Shown here piece by piece: positions 31,780-42,368 of a stretch of DNA of 52,123 nt; position 1 is the stretch's first letter; every line of letters begins with the position of its first letter. Position numbers and translations under genes: made by a program. The notes beneath the pieces are model-generated. The model worked only from the letters and a program-made list of their open reading frames with translations. It did no database searches and was not told the origin of the DNA. The stretch is taken from positions 1 to 52,123 of the forward strand of contig JANMAX010000316.1 of the NCBI GenBank assembly GCA_031360075.1. Direction: 5' to 3'. The stretch comes from a bacterium (GTDB lineage: Bacteria; Eisenbacteria; RBG-16-71-46).

Positions 31780-34314
31780 GTGCGACACATCGACCGGCCG
31801 GGGCTGGCTGTGAGCGGAATGGCTCAGACGGCGCCAGTTGGTCGGAGCAAGGCAAGCCCAGCGACGTACCGCGGCTCGATAGTAATACGGGCACTGTACG
31901 TCTGGCTGGGGCTGGTGGTCGCCGTCCACGGATCCGCGCACGCCCAAGTGGTGGACTCTACGCTATGGTGTCTTAATCCAGGTTCCACGCTGCTCGCCAT
32001 CGGCAAGCTGGGGCATACCCTCTACCTCGGCGGTAGCTTCCGGTACATTGGGCCGTCGACGGGCGGAGGAGTGCCGTGCGACTCTCATTCTGCGGCCCCG
32101 CTCGCGAACTATCCTCGCGTCGTCGGCCGGGTCTACACGGTAGTCGCCGACGGGCAGGGCGGGTGGTACATCGGCGGCCTGTTCTCCTATGTCGGCGGGC
32201 AGCCGCGGGCGAATCTCGCCCACATCCTCGCGGATGGGAGCGTGGCTGCGTGGGCTCCGGATCCGGACCAACAGGTGTCGGCGATCGCACTCGCCGGCGG
32301 GACCGTCTACGTGGGCGGGGATTTCAAGCTCGTCGGGGGCCAGCCGAGGGCACACTTGGCCGCGCTAGGTCCATCGAGCAGCAGGCCCTTGCCCTGGACG
32401 TGCGATGCGAACGACCGCGTGATGTCACTCGCGGCAAGCGGGTCGACGCTGTACGTGGGCGGATGGTTCACGGTCCTCGCGGGTCAGCCGCGTGCGCGCG
32501 TCGCCGCGGTGGACTTGGCCAGCGGAGTGCCCACGCCGTGGGCGGTGAATCTCGACGATCGCGTCAGCGCGCTGGCGATGCACGACACGACCCTGTTCAT
32601 CGGCGGTTACTTCTGGACCGCAAACGCCGATACGCATCGTTGCATCGTCGCAGTCGGGGCTTCCACCGGCGCGGTGCACGCGTGGAATGCGCTCGTCGAC
32701 CGCCAACCGCCCTCCTCGTTGGATTTCGGCCCGCACGTCAACGCCATGCTATTCAGTGGGGAGTCATTGTTCGTCGCCGGGTCATTCACGCATATCGGTC
32801 GTCAAGCTCGCCAATCGCTGGCGCAGATAGACGTTGCGAGCGGGCGAGCGACGGATTGGAATGCGCGCCCATTCCGCGACACGAGGCTGGGGCCGGAGTT
32901 CTTCTCGCTCGCGTGCTCGGGGGACACGCTCTTCGTCGCGGGGCCATGCGATTCGATTGGCGGCGAGCCATGTGGGCAGGCGTCGGCGCTCAACTCGCGG
33001 AACGCAACCAAGCTGGAATGGGACCCACTGACCAACGATTTCGTGTTCGCGCTGAGCTTGCAGGGTGGTGTCATCTACGTCGGGGGTTGGTTCACGTCGG
33101 TGCGCGACTGGGTGCTCCGCCCCGGCCTCGCCGCGATCGATGAGCAGACGGGACGAGTCACCGATTGGGACCCTCATCCCGACGACTACGTGAGGAGCCT
33201 TCTCGTTCACGGCGGCAAGATCTACGTTGGCGGCTATTTCGGGTCGGTGGGCGGCCAGTTCCGTTCGGGAATCGCTGCGTTGGATCCCGTGACCGGCGAA
33301 GCCACGTCGTGGAACCCGAGTGCAGATGGAGCAGTTTGGTCCATGGCTCCGATGGGCGACGCGGTGATCGCCGCGGGGCTATTCAGGCGAATCGGTGGCC
33401 GTTTCCTAACCGGCCTCGCTGCAATCGATACCTCGACCGGCCGTGCGACATTGTGGACTCCCGATGCAGGAGGCGACGTACACTGCCTGGCTGTCAGTGA
33501 CACGGCGATCTATGTCGGGGGGGACTTTCTCGTCATGGGCGGCAAGCCTCGTGGATCACTCGCCGCCGTCGATCCGTTGACCGGCGCGGCTACCCCCTGG
33601 AACCCCCCGACCGACGGAATCGTGAATGCGATTGCCCTGCTTGACGGAACCATCTATGTCGGAGGCTTGTTCAACACAGTAGGTGGGCTTCCACGCAATT
33701 TCCTCGCCGCCGTCGATCGAGCCGGCTCCGTGTTGCCGTGGGACCCTGATGCCTTCGGCCCAAATGGGGACGGTCGCGTTCGAGCCCTTGTCGCCAAGGA
33801 CAGCACCCTCTTCGCAGGCGGATTCTTCTCCGGGGTGTCGGGGGAGTCCCGCGAGTACTTCGCGGCGCTGGACGCCAAGACGGGCGCTGTGCGACACGAA
33901 TACCCGCACCCCGACGGACCGGTATGGGCGCTTGCCGAGAGCGGCGGCAGTATCTACGTGGGGGGGGCGTTCGGGCGTATGGGACAGTGGCCCCAGGTGG
34001 CACTAGCGGCGATCCGGCCGAGTGGCGCGCTACCGCCGCCTGTCTCGATTCGCCTCCTGCTTGCGCAGAGCGCCCCGAACCCCGCGACCAGCTCCACGGT
34101 AGTGCGGTACTCACTGCCAGCCGGCGCGCCGGTAAGCCTCACCCTGTTTGACTTGCAGGGCCGTCGAAGCGCAAGGGTTCTATCGGACGTATTCCAATCC
34201 GCCGGCCCGCATCAGGTCAGCGTTCGCACCGATGGTCTACGGGCGGGATGCTACCTCTACTGTCTAGAAGCTGGTTCGCTCAGAGCAACGAGGAAGATGG
34301 TGATCGTGAGATAA
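31780..34314 (+). CDS. secreted beta-propeller repeat protein with C-terminal sorting-like domain
   Basis: About 14 repeats of a (L/I/V)YxGGxF..GG..R..LA blade; C-terminal PNP...LFDLQGR...AGCYLYCL; start codon uncertain. Confidence 0.8.
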   Translation: MRHIDRPGLAVSGMAQTAPVGRSKASPATYRGSIVIRALYVWLGLVVAVHGSAHAQVVDSTLWCLNPGSTLLAIGKLGHTLYLGGSFRYIGPSTGGGVPCDSHSAAPLANYPRVVGRVYTVVADGQGGWYIGGLFSYVGGQPRANLAHILADGSVAAWAPDPDQQVSAIALAGGTVYVGGDFKLVGGQPRAHLAALGPSSSRPLPWTCDANDRVMSLAASGSTLYVGGWFTVLAGQPRARVAAVDLASGVPTPWAVNLDDRVSALAMHDTTLFIGGYFWTANADTHRCIVAVGASTGAVHAWNALVDRQPPSSLDFGPHVNAMLFSGESLFVAGSFTHIGRQARQSLAQIDVASGRATDWNARPFRDTRLGPEFFSLACSGDTLFVAGPCDSIGGEPCGQASALNSRNATKLEWDPLTNDFVFALSLQGGVIYVGGWFTSVRDWVLRPGLAAIDEQTGRVTDWDPHPDDYVRSLLVHGGKIYVGGYFGSVGGQFRSGIAALDPVTGEATSWNPSADGAVWSMAPMGDAVIAAGLFRRIGGRFLTGLAAIDTSTGRATLWTPDAGGDVHCLAVSDTAIYVGGDFLVMGGKPRGSLAAVDPLTGAATPWNPPTDGIVNAIALLDGTIYVGGLFNTVGGLPRNFLAAVDRAGSVLPWDPDAFGPNGDGRVRALVAKDSTLFAGGFFSGVSGESREYFAALDAKTGAVRHEYPHPDGPVWALAESGGSIYVGGAFGRMGQWPQVALAAIRPSGALPPPVSIRLLLAQSAPNPATSSTVVRYSLPAGAPVSLTLFDLQGRRSARVLSDVFQSAGPHQVSVRTDGLRAGCYLYCLEAGSLRATRKMVIVR

Positions 34315-34337
34315 GTGTGCACGTGCCCGGAGGCTAT

Positions 34338-34811
34338 TCATACTTCGCCGCTGTGTCTCGCCTCATACGCCCGATACTGCAGCGCCTCGGCGAGCCGCAG
34401 CGCTCCGACGTGCTGTTCCCCGCACAGGTCCGCGATCGTCCGCGCCACGCGCAGCGCACGGTGAACGGCGCGCGCGCTCATGCCGCCGCGGTCGACGGCG
34501 TCGGCGACCAGTTCTCGCCCTGCTGCATCCAGTGCGCAGTGCTCGCGCAGCAATGGCGCCGGCATCTGCGAGTTGAGCCAGCCGCGAGCGCGTTGTAGTC
34601 CACGGGCAGCGAGCACCCGCGAGCGCACATTTGAGGAGCACTCGCCCGGCGCCGCCGCCATCAGCTCATCCGAAGTGAGCGCCATCACTTCGATCTGGAG
34701 ATCCAACCGATCTAAGATCGGCCCCGACACGCGCGCCGCGTAGCGCGCCAGGTCACGCGGTCCGCACTTGCACCCGCGCTTCGGGTGGCCCAGCCAGCCA
34801 CACGGACAGGG
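34338..34811 (-). repeat. displaced comM 3' end, copy 2 (474 bp, most divergent)
   Basis: PCPCGWLGHPKRGCKCG...ALQYRAYEARHSGEV; open frame; same breakpoint as the other copies. Confidence 0.95.
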
Positions 34812-34816
34812 TTGCG

Positions 34817-35272
34817 TTGCCTTTCTGCAATCTCCGCCTCGCTGGACGAAGAGCGCCTGCGTTGCCAAGAGGTTACCCGACTTCGCTCGTCACGCTTGGC
34901 GACCACATCCGCCGCCGTCGGCTCGACCTGGGCCTATCGCAACGAACCCTGGCAGGCCGCTGGCGGGTCACCCGCGAGACCGTCGCTGGGTGGGAACTCG
35001 GTCGGTACGAGCCCTCGATTCGCCACGGGCCACTCGTGATTGCCTTCCTGGGTATGGACCCAACTGCCACCCGAAGCGCGATCCCCGAAGGGCTCAGGTC
35101 CGTCCGCCGCCGGTTCGGTCTCACCCAGGGCGAAATGGCGGTTCGGCTCCGGCTCGACGCCGGGACCGTCGCCGATCTCGAAGCCGGGCGGCGGTCCCCA
35201 AGTGCGCGAGTCAGGAGCGCCGTCGTGCGCCTGTTGGAGCAGGCCCTGCAAGATCCGAGTGTACCGAAGTAG
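34817..35272 (+). CDS. tandem XRE-family helix-turn-helix protein (unit 2)
   Basis: TLGDHIRRRRLDLGLSQRTLAGRWRVTRETVAGWELG plus a second HTH; paralog of 28831 and 42369. Confidence 0.85.
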   Translation: MPFCNLRLAGRRAPALPRGYPTSLVTLGDHIRRRRLDLGLSQRTLAGRWRVTRETVAGWELGRYEPSIRHGPLVIAFLGMDPTATRSAIPEGLRSVRRRFGLTQGEMAVRLRLDAGTVADLEAGRRSPSARVRSAVVRLLEQALQDPSVPK

Positions 35273-35285
35273 CTCGCCGAGTATC

Positions 35286-35365
35286 GAGGTTGGACTTGCG
35301 CCAAGGAGGGCGGCCCCGGTTGCGCCTGCCACCCCTCCGTCGTGACCCAATGAGTCTCGCGTGAC
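35286..35365 (+). promoter_or_regulatory. degenerate cassette promoter/operator box (unit 2)
   Basis: GAGGTTGGACTTGCGCCAAGGAGGG; no poly-G tract and no TACTCT. Confidence 0.5.
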
Positions 35366-35708
35366 CGAGTCCAGCTCAAGCATGCGGGCGCTTCACGTTG
35401 GACGCCGGAACGAGCCGCATTCAGGGGTGGCCTCATGGCCACGCCTCAGGGGAGCGACTTCGCGAGCCGCAGCTTCGTGGTTTGCGCCCGTGCCCAGGAG
35501 GCCGCCATGGGCGGCGAGCCGAAGCTCCTGGAGGAGCACATGGGCCCCCGTGAGATTGACCGTCCGGCTCCCCACATACCGTTGCCGGTAGAGCCTCCTG
35601 GGTCGCCAGTGGCCGACTGCGCACAAGGGACCACTGCGCGCCTCTGAGCGAATCAAGGACAATCGATTTCTGAGAAGGGATGATTGAAGAGGACGGGAGG
35701 TCACGTGC

Positions 35709-36557
35709 ATGTTGCGACTCTTGAGGGTGATGACTTGCTCGGTGTGTTTGATGGCCTTCGTCCCATGCGTACAGGCTGGGAACAACGCGGGTGCATCGGT
35801 CGAGTTGGCGTGGGACGCGAATGCCTTGCGGTCCTCGCCATCGGGCTTCCCCCTCTGTCTCGCCGTGTATGACGCGCCCGATCTTCGGCAGCTCGTGATC
35901 CACGTGAGTTGGACTCCGTACGATCCGGGAGGGGATTGTTTCCGCTTGAAGCCGGCGGGAAAAGCAGTCGCGTGCGACAGCCTCCGGGCGCTGCCGGTTG
36001 GCACGAGCCTCGAGGACTCAAGCTACGTCTGGACCGTGCTCTTCGCTTCCGCGCCAGCTTCACCCCAGCACCTGATCTACTGGATCACCGGGACGAGCTG
36101 CGACTCGACGGCGTCCCCGCGGTTCCTGGTGACCGACGTCCGGGCGCTGGATTCCTCGGGAGCGAGCGACACTCTTACTTCTCGCGGCTGCGTGATTCTG
36201 AATAGCGCCATGGCGTTTGGGGCCGCCGACGTCACTCAGTCGATATCACCCATGCCGTCGGGTGAGATGGGTGAGGCACTTCCCACTCGCCTCGCTCTCT
36301 TCGCGAACCCAAATCCCCTGGTCGAAGCGGCGACGATCAGATTCGACCTGCCCGGACCAATCTCCTGCCACCTCGCGATCTATGACGTGAGCGGAGCTCT
36401 CGTGCTGGACGCGAGTCCCGTCGTGCGCGCACAGCGCGGCAGCTTCCGCTGGGACCTGACCCGCAGGGATGGCGAACGGGTCCACCCAGGAGTGTACTTC
36501 GCACGCCTCACCAGCTCGGCTGGCTCTCGCGTGGTGCCGCTGACGGTGCTCAAGTGA
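35709..36557 (+). CDS. secreted protein: GNNAG N-terminal module fused to a C-terminal sorting-like domain
   Basis: Signal peptide; N-domain homologous to the 43003 protein; PNP...IYDVSG...WDLTRRDGERVHPGVYFARL. Confidence 0.8.
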   Translation: MLRLLRVMTCSVCLMAFVPCVQAGNNAGASVELAWDANALRSSPSGFPLCLAVYDAPDLRQLVIHVSWTPYDPGGDCFRLKPAGKAVACDSLRALPVGTSLEDSSYVWTVLFASAPASPQHLIYWITGTSCDSTASPRFLVTDVRALDSSGASDTLTSRGCVILNSAMAFGAADVTQSISPMPSGEMGEALPTRLALFANPNPLVEAATIRFDLPGPISCHLAIYDVSGALVLDASPVVRAQRGSFRWDLTRRDGERVHPGVYFARLTSSAGSRVVPLTVLK

Positions 36558-36685
36558 ACCGCGCGAACCTTGTACACGAGTCCCCGCCGCGCAAAGCTCT
36601 CGCCACGCGATGGCGCGTTTCGCGAGCGCCTTCCGGTCATGGCTTGTCGGCGACGCCACTTCTGCGACCTGCTCAGGAGTCTGCC

Positions 36686-38710
36686 GTGTTCATCCGATTC
36701 CTGTCGCTGGTCGGGCTGGTCGTTTGCCTTAACGCGGCCATTGCCTGGGCGCAAGCACCATTCGCCCCACACGCTTCGGGCGACAAGGTCACCAGGTACC
36801 CGCAGGCTGAGGGGACCTACCCCTACCCGTCCAGGCCCCAGTATCTGATTCCGACCTCGGTGGAGACCGGAGCGGGCGCGACCACTTGGAACGCGGTCCT
36901 CACCCGGATCACCGGCGATGCGGGCGCATCCATCACCCACTTGAGCCCGTCCGTCTGGGGAAAGGACGGGCGGCACCAGTACTCAAGCCGCTCTTCATGG
37001 AACGCCACCGGCTCGCTCCTCTACATCGAGAATGGCATGTGCAACGACTGCGTGGCAGCGGTGGATGGTGTACACTGCCCGAAGACGTCCGGTGGGTTCA
37101 ACGGCTACAACGGCCCCGCAGAGCCGAAGAAGCTGTTTCTGGACGGGAACACGTACATCCCCCAGAACATCGGCCAGTTCACCGCGATCACTGACGCCAA
37201 AGAGTTGGTGTGGCACCCGTCGACCTCACGGGCGGACTACATGATCGTCGTAAGGGACTCGCTCGGGTCGCCGGAGGACGCTGCCCACAATCGCTCTCTG
37301 CTGCAGTGGGTGAACGTCTGGAATGGCGCTATCGCGCGCACCTGGACGCTCCCGTTTCAAGTGGCGGGCATCGGACCCGGCGAAGGCGCCCCCAGCAACG
37401 ACGGCCGATTCATCACCCTCCTCAACGTCGCCGGAGATAACGTGGTCCTGGTTGACATGGACCCGTCGATACCGGACCCGTATCCTAGGCGGCGAATCAG
37501 TGCTGCATCACCGTTGCCGCAGCCGTGTGGGCTGTCTTGTCCAACGAGCTGCAATGTTGGCCACGTGACGGTGTCGAGCAAGGGTACATTCCTCGACGTG
37601 GCGTATGGCAATGACATTCACCGCATCTTCGACATCGACTGGAAGCTGACTGAACAATCTGCCATGCCAGCTCTGGGATCCCCGCACACGATGCACGTGG
37701 CACCTCCGTCGTGTTACGACGGTGCGCTGGCACTCGACGCGAACGGCTGGATCATGCCTCTTAAGCACGCCGACCATCTGACTTACGGAGACGAGGAGTA
37801 CATCGTTGGCTTCGACGATTGCCGCGTTTTTGGTTCCTGTGAATTCCCGGGCGGCTTGGAACCTTTCGCCGAGGACTCGGGCCGCGTTGTCGTGGTGAAG
37901 CTGACCCCTGGTTCACTCCTTCAAGACGGATCGGTGCGGCACGTAAGCGCGGGCCGCCTTGAAGTGGGCTCAAGGGAGCGGTCGGGTGCCCACGTTTCCG
38001 CACGCAATGTGAGCGGGCAGACCTCCTGGGTCTTCGCGAGCTACGACAAGACACCGGGTGATTTGCCAACCGGAAACACGCGGATGATGGGTGAAGTCGT
38101 GGCCTGGAGCCTGGACAGGAGCGCGACCGTCCCCAAGGCGGTCAAGCGCTTCACCTGGAGTCACAGTGCCTGGTCGAGCGCTCTCGGCTACGAGTGTTAC
38201 CGCGCCGAGATGCACCCCAGCCCGTCGCCGGATGGCCGGCGCATCCTGTTCGCGTCGAACTGGCGGCGCTGGACGCAGGGCGTAAGCGACTACGCTCCGA
38301 ACGATTGGCGGAAAGCCTACGTCATCGACACCCGGCCCACGCCGGCAGCGGTCAGCGGCCTGACCGCTGAGTCCACGCAGGGGTGTGCGATCACGCTCCG
38401 ATGGACGGCTCCGAAGGACGACATGCTGGACCCCGCATCGGGGCAAGTCGCTGGGTACGATATCCGGTACAATACGACAGGCGAGATCACGCCCGAAAGC
38501 TTCTACGATCAGGCATTTGTAGTGCCACCGTCGCCGCTCGCGCCCGGTTCACTCCAGACCCTGGTGGTGAGCGGGCTAGATGACACCCAGACCTACTACT
38601 TCGCTGTGAGGTCGATCGGGACCAACGGCCCGCGCTCGACGATCGTGGGCCCGGTAACGGCGACTCCAGGACCGCCCCCGCCGCACAACCCGCCGTTCTT
38701 CTGCGGATGA
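36686..38710 (+). CDS. secreted TolB/oligogalacturonate-lyase-like beta-propeller protein with C-terminal Fn3 domain
   Basis: GTG start after AGGAG; signal peptide; HQYSSRSSWNATG and HPSPSPDGRRILFASNW motifs; Fn3 motif LRWTAP...SGLDDTQTYYFAVRS. Confidence 0.7.
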   Translation: MFIRFLSLVGLVVCLNAAIAWAQAPFAPHASGDKVTRYPQAEGTYPYPSRPQYLIPTSVETGAGATTWNAVLTRITGDAGASITHLSPSVWGKDGRHQYSSRSSWNATGSLLYIENGMCNDCVAAVDGVHCPKTSGGFNGYNGPAEPKKLFLDGNTYIPQNIGQFTAITDAKELVWHPSTSRADYMIVVRDSLGSPEDAAHNRSLLQWVNVWNGAIARTWTLPFQVAGIGPGEGAPSNDGRFITLLNVAGDNVVLVDMDPSIPDPYPRRRISAASPLPQPCGLSCPTSCNVGHVTVSSKGTFLDVAYGNDIHRIFDIDWKLTEQSAMPALGSPHTMHVAPPSCYDGALALDANGWIMPLKHADHLTYGDEEYIVGFDDCRVFGSCEFPGGLEPFAEDSGRVVVVKLTPGSLLQDGSVRHVSAGRLEVGSRERSGAHVSARNVSGQTSWVFASYDKTPGDLPTGNTRMMGEVVAWSLDRSATVPKAVKRFTWSHSAWSSALGYECYRAEMHPSPSPDGRRILFASNWRRWTQGVSDYAPNDWRKAYVIDTRPTPAAVSGLTAESTQGCAITLRWTAPKDDMLDPASGQVAGYDIRYNTTGEITPESFYDQAFVVPPSPLAPGSLQTLVVSGLDDTQTYYFAVRSIGTNGPRSTIVGPVTATPGPPPPHNPPFFCG

Positions 38711-38795
38711 GAAGACTGCACTCGAACGGTGGGCTCGAACGTCGCAGAGCCTGGCGCGAGCCACTTTCCGGATCTGATCCGGATCGAGGCACTCC

Positions 38796-41700
38796 ATGAA
38801 CTCACCCCGCCGGATGTCGAGTTCCAGGTGGTCGTGGCTGGCCGTGGCCATGACATCGTGCGCGCTCGTGAGTTCGACGCGCTCACTCGCCGAGTGCGAG
38901 CCGGGCTTTGAGCTCCATCCCGAGTACTACACGTTCAGCGTGGGCGCCAAGCCGGTGTCCGTGGCGACTGGAGACTGGAACGAGGACGGCCGACCCGACG
39001 TCGTGACCGCGAACGCGGATGGCCGTTCGCTCACGTTGCTGTTCGGTGCGGGCGGCTTTCACCTCCGGCCCGGAGGCGAGATCCCGATGGGGGCGGCCGC
39101 CTACTGGGTGGAGCCCAAGGACATGAACGCCGACGGGCATCTCGACCTGGTCGCCACCGGGGACTTCGGCACTGTCGTACTGGTGGGTGACGGCCGGGGA
39201 GGATTCCGGACCGGCGCTACCTACCCCTATGCCGGTACGTTCCTGGCGCTTGGAGATCTCAACCGGGACGGCTCGTGCGACATCGCGCTGGCGTCCAGGA
39301 CGGCCAAGCTCGACGTGACGTTCCTGTTCCTCAAAGGGCTGGATGTAGACCACGTGCATACGTTGCCCTATCCAGTGGATGCGATCCATCTCGGGGACTT
39401 CAACGAGGACGGGGCTCTGGACATGGCCGTTGTTGGATGTGGGGGCTACATCTGGCTGAACCCTGGCGACGGAACCTTCAGCCCATCATGGACCTTCTAC
39501 CCGTATCACTGCTGCACCAAGTGGGGGGCAGTCGGCGATATCAACGGCGACGGTCACGTCGATATCGTGGGAGTGGAAAGCTACCCGGGCTGCGGTGGCG
39601 TCCTGCTCGGCCGCGGAGATGGAACCTTTCAAGACCCGTATGGCGGGCTCGCCGCCGAGTTGCCCTCGGGTCCGGAGGAGCCGCGACCGCCAGCCGTCGC
39701 GCGCCGCCAAGTGCCCAGCGGCGAAACGAGGCACGAGCCGTGGATGCCACCCCTGCTCAGCGGCGCATCCTGGCAGGTTCAGGACTCGGGCGGCGAGCCC
39801 CTGCCGGAGCGTCCGGCGAGTGTTCCCAGTGCGTTGTGGCCGACCAACGAACCGGGCGCCGGCCCCGATCTCCTGCTGGACGCGGTTCACTATGGACCGC
39901 ACTGGGTCATGCTCGCGGATCTCGATGGGGACGGCCGGGACGACTGGGTCACACTGAGCAATCAGCCGGGAGAAGAAGTCCTGTACCGGCGCTCGGTGTC
40001 CTACCCGACGGCGGCGGTGGTGGTCGACATCGACGGCGACGGTCGCCTGGACGTGGTGGCCGCGGGACGCCAGTACTGGGGCGCTGGACCGATCGATGGG
40101 GCGGTGGCGGTGCATCCGGGGGACGAGCACGACATCATCCGCCGCAACCCGAGCGTGTACATGAGTGACCGGCCGGTGATGGCAGAGCTGGTCGACTTCA
40201 ACCGGGATGGGATCGCGGACATCGCCTCCATGGGAGACGACGGCCTGCAGATCGTTGTCAGGCAGGCCGACGGGAGCCTCGGTCCGATCCTGGGCGCGCC
40301 GGGCTACTACGGCTTTGGGCACGCGTTCGTCGACATCAACGGTGACGGGAACCTCGACGTGCTGGACGGAGATCCCATGCTGTATCTCGGCAATGGGGAT
40401 GGGACGTTCGACTGGGAGATGCCGATCCAGTACTTCGACAGTCGTCTGAGCGGATTCGACGCGGGGGATGTGGATGGGGACGGCAAAGTGGACGTGGTCG
40501 GGATCCGCTGGTACAGCGTGCCCGGCAACCGGCCGGAGGGCCCCGCACTGCTCCTGCGTGGGAACGGCGACGGGACGTTCCGCCCCGCGACCGAGCTGGG
40601 GATAACCGCCGCCCAGGTGAGGCTCAAGGACCTGGACGGCGACGGCCACCTGGACATGGTCGTCGCCAGGGAGAACGGAGGCATGTCGGTGTACTGGGGC
40701 AGCGGCGATGGGACATTCACGATGGGCCCGGTGCTCGAGAGCTCCGGGACGATCTACTCGCTGCTCTATGGAGACATCGATGGGGACGGGCGGCTCGACC
40801 TGTTCGCCAACCCGGAAGCCCGAGAAGTCGTCTACCGCAGTCTGGGAGGGCGGAGTTATCAGCGCCTGGCACTGAATCTGCGAGTCTACCCGACATTCCC
40901 GGCCCTGGGGGATATCAACGGCGACGGCAAGGATGATCTCATTGACTACGGCATCCAGGCATTCCACGTCTACTTGAGCAATGGTGACGGCAGTTTCCGA
41001 GGGCCACTCGAGGATTCGTATGGACCGGGCGGGCTCGTCCTCGTGGACCGGGCGAGCCGGAGCCCGCAGCAGCTCTTCGCGCTCACTCGGAACAACGAGT
41101 ACTACTTCACCAAGGTCACACTGGTCGAGAACGAGCAGAGGCCCAACCGGGGGCCGATCACGGGCAACGCCCGCGCGGTGGTGACGGGCCCGGGGGCTCG
41201 GAATCACGGTTGGGCGGACATCTCGATCGCGGGCGTGAGCGATCCCGAAGGTGACGCAGTGAGCATCGCGGTGACGGGGATCACGCAGGACGAACCGGTG
41301 GGGAGCGGGTTCATGGGCGGTCCGCACGGGACCGCGGGCTCCGGCGGGCCTCACTGTCCGGATGCTCTCATCGTGGGCGGGCAGGCGCGGGTGCGTTGGG
41401 AGCGTGCGGGCTCCGGAAACGGCCGCATGTACAGGGTGGACTTCATCGCGACGGACGGCTGTGGCGGAACAAGTCCCGGCCAGGTAAACGTGTGCGTGCC
41501 GCACGATGCCGCGTCGCTGACATGCGTGGACGATGGTCAGCGCTACAACTCGCTCGGATGTGAGGTGGGCGGTCCCGCAGCGCTGGCGGTGTCGGCGGCG
41601 GATGGCCTGTACGCGCCGCAGGTGCACGCCGGAGGCGCGGAACTCCACTATTCGCTGGCACAGTCGGCCGAGGTGCGACTCGAGATCTTCGACCTCTTGG

Positions 41701-41849
41701 GCCGAAGGCGCGCGGTGCTGACGGGCGGACTTCAGCCGCCGGGTGAGCACCGGGCGCGCTGGGATGCCGTGGGGGCCGCGGGGGTGTACTTCGCGCGGCT
41801 CTCGATCCGGGGGCAGAGCTTCGTCCAGCGCTTCGCGCTTCTCCCTTGA
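38796..41849 (+). CDS. secreted FG-GAP/VCBS repeat protein with C-terminal sorting-like domain
   Basis: 13 DxxxDGxxD repeats; signal peptide; C-terminal IFDLLGRR...AGVYFARL. Confidence 0.88.
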   Translation: MNSPRRMSSSRWSWLAVAMTSCALVSSTRSLAECEPGFELHPEYYTFSVGAKPVSVATGDWNEDGRPDVVTANADGRSLTLLFGAGGFHLRPGGEIPMGAAAYWVEPKDMNADGHLDLVATGDFGTVVLVGDGRGGFRTGATYPYAGTFLALGDLNRDGSCDIALASRTAKLDVTFLFLKGLDVDHVHTLPYPVDAIHLGDFNEDGALDMAVVGCGGYIWLNPGDGTFSPSWTFYPYHCCTKWGAVGDINGDGHVDIVGVESYPGCGGVLLGRGDGTFQDPYGGLAAELPSGPEEPRPPAVARRQVPSGETRHEPWMPPLLSGASWQVQDSGGEPLPERPASVPSALWPTNEPGAGPDLLLDAVHYGPHWVMLADLDGDGRDDWVTLSNQPGEEVLYRRSVSYPTAAVVVDIDGDGRLDVVAAGRQYWGAGPIDGAVAVHPGDEHDIIRRNPSVYMSDRPVMAELVDFNRDGIADIASMGDDGLQIVVRQADGSLGPILGAPGYYGFGHAFVDINGDGNLDVLDGDPMLYLGNGDGTFDWEMPIQYFDSRLSGFDAGDVDGDGKVDVVGIRWYSVPGNRPEGPALLLRGNGDGTFRPATELGITAAQVRLKDLDGDGHLDMVVARENGGMSVYWGSGDGTFTMGPVLESSGTIYSLLYGDIDGDGRLDLFANPEAREVVYRSLGGRSYQRLALNLRVYPTFPALGDINGDGKDDLIDYGIQAFHVYLSNGDGSFRGPLEDSYGPGGLVLVDRASRSPQQLFALTRNNEYYFTKVTLVENEQRPNRGPITGNARAVVTGPGARNHGWADISIAGVSDPEGDAVSIAVTGITQDEPVGSGFMGGPHGTAGSGGPHCPDALIVGGQARVRWERAGSGNGRMYRVDFIATDGCGGTSPGQVNVCVPHDAASLTCVDDGQRYNSLGCEVGGPAALAVSAADGLYAPQVHAGGAELHYSLAQSAEVRLEIFDLLGRRRAVLTGGLQPPGEHRARWDAVGAAGVYFARLSIRGQSFVQRFALLP

Positions 41850-41889
41850 TTCGGGAGCACGAGGCGGGGAATCAGCGCGGGCAGGGCAT

Positions 41890-42363
41890 TCATGCTTCGG
41901 AAGCGTGCCGTGCCTCGTACGCCCGGTACTGCAGCGCCTCCGCCAGTCGTAGCGCGCCCACCCGCGGCTCGCCCGCCAGGTCCGCGATCGTGCGCGCCAC
42001 GCGCATCGCGCGGTGCACGGCGCGCGCGCTCATGCCGCCGCGGTCCACAGCGTCGGCGACCAGTTGGCGTCCGGGCGCGTCGAGTGCGCAGTGCTCGCGC
42101 AGCAGGGGTGCTGGCATCTGCGCGTTCAGCCAGCCGCGCTGCAACTGCACGGCGCGCGCGGCGAGCACGCGCGTGCGAACGGCATCAGACGGCTCGCCGG
42201 GAGCCGACGCCATCAGCTCTTCTGAAGTCAGCGGCGTGACCTCGATCTGCAGGTCGAGCCGGTCGAGGATCGGTCCCGAGACACGCGCCGTGTAGCGCAT
42301 CAGGTCGCGCGGGCCGCAGCGGCAGCCGCGCTTGGGATGCCCGAGCCAGCCGCACGGGCACCG
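41890..42363 (-). repeat. displaced comM 3' end, copy 3 (474 bp)
   Basis: CPCGWLGHPKRGCRCG...ALQYRAYEARHASEA; open frame; same breakpoint as the other copies. Confidence 0.95.
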
Positions 42364-42368
42364 TTGCG

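Noticed and set aside
28352-42300. 136-aa ORFs at 28352-28762 and 41890-42300 as independent genes
   Set aside because: They start at an internal ComM Met that is absent in copy 2, and homology extends upstream to the junction, so they are fragments.
28352-42363. comM repeats as duplicate copies produced by misassembly of one sequence
   Set aside because: The copies differ at many synonymous sites and have different C-termini and neighbours. A strain-chimeric assembly still needs long reads to exclude.
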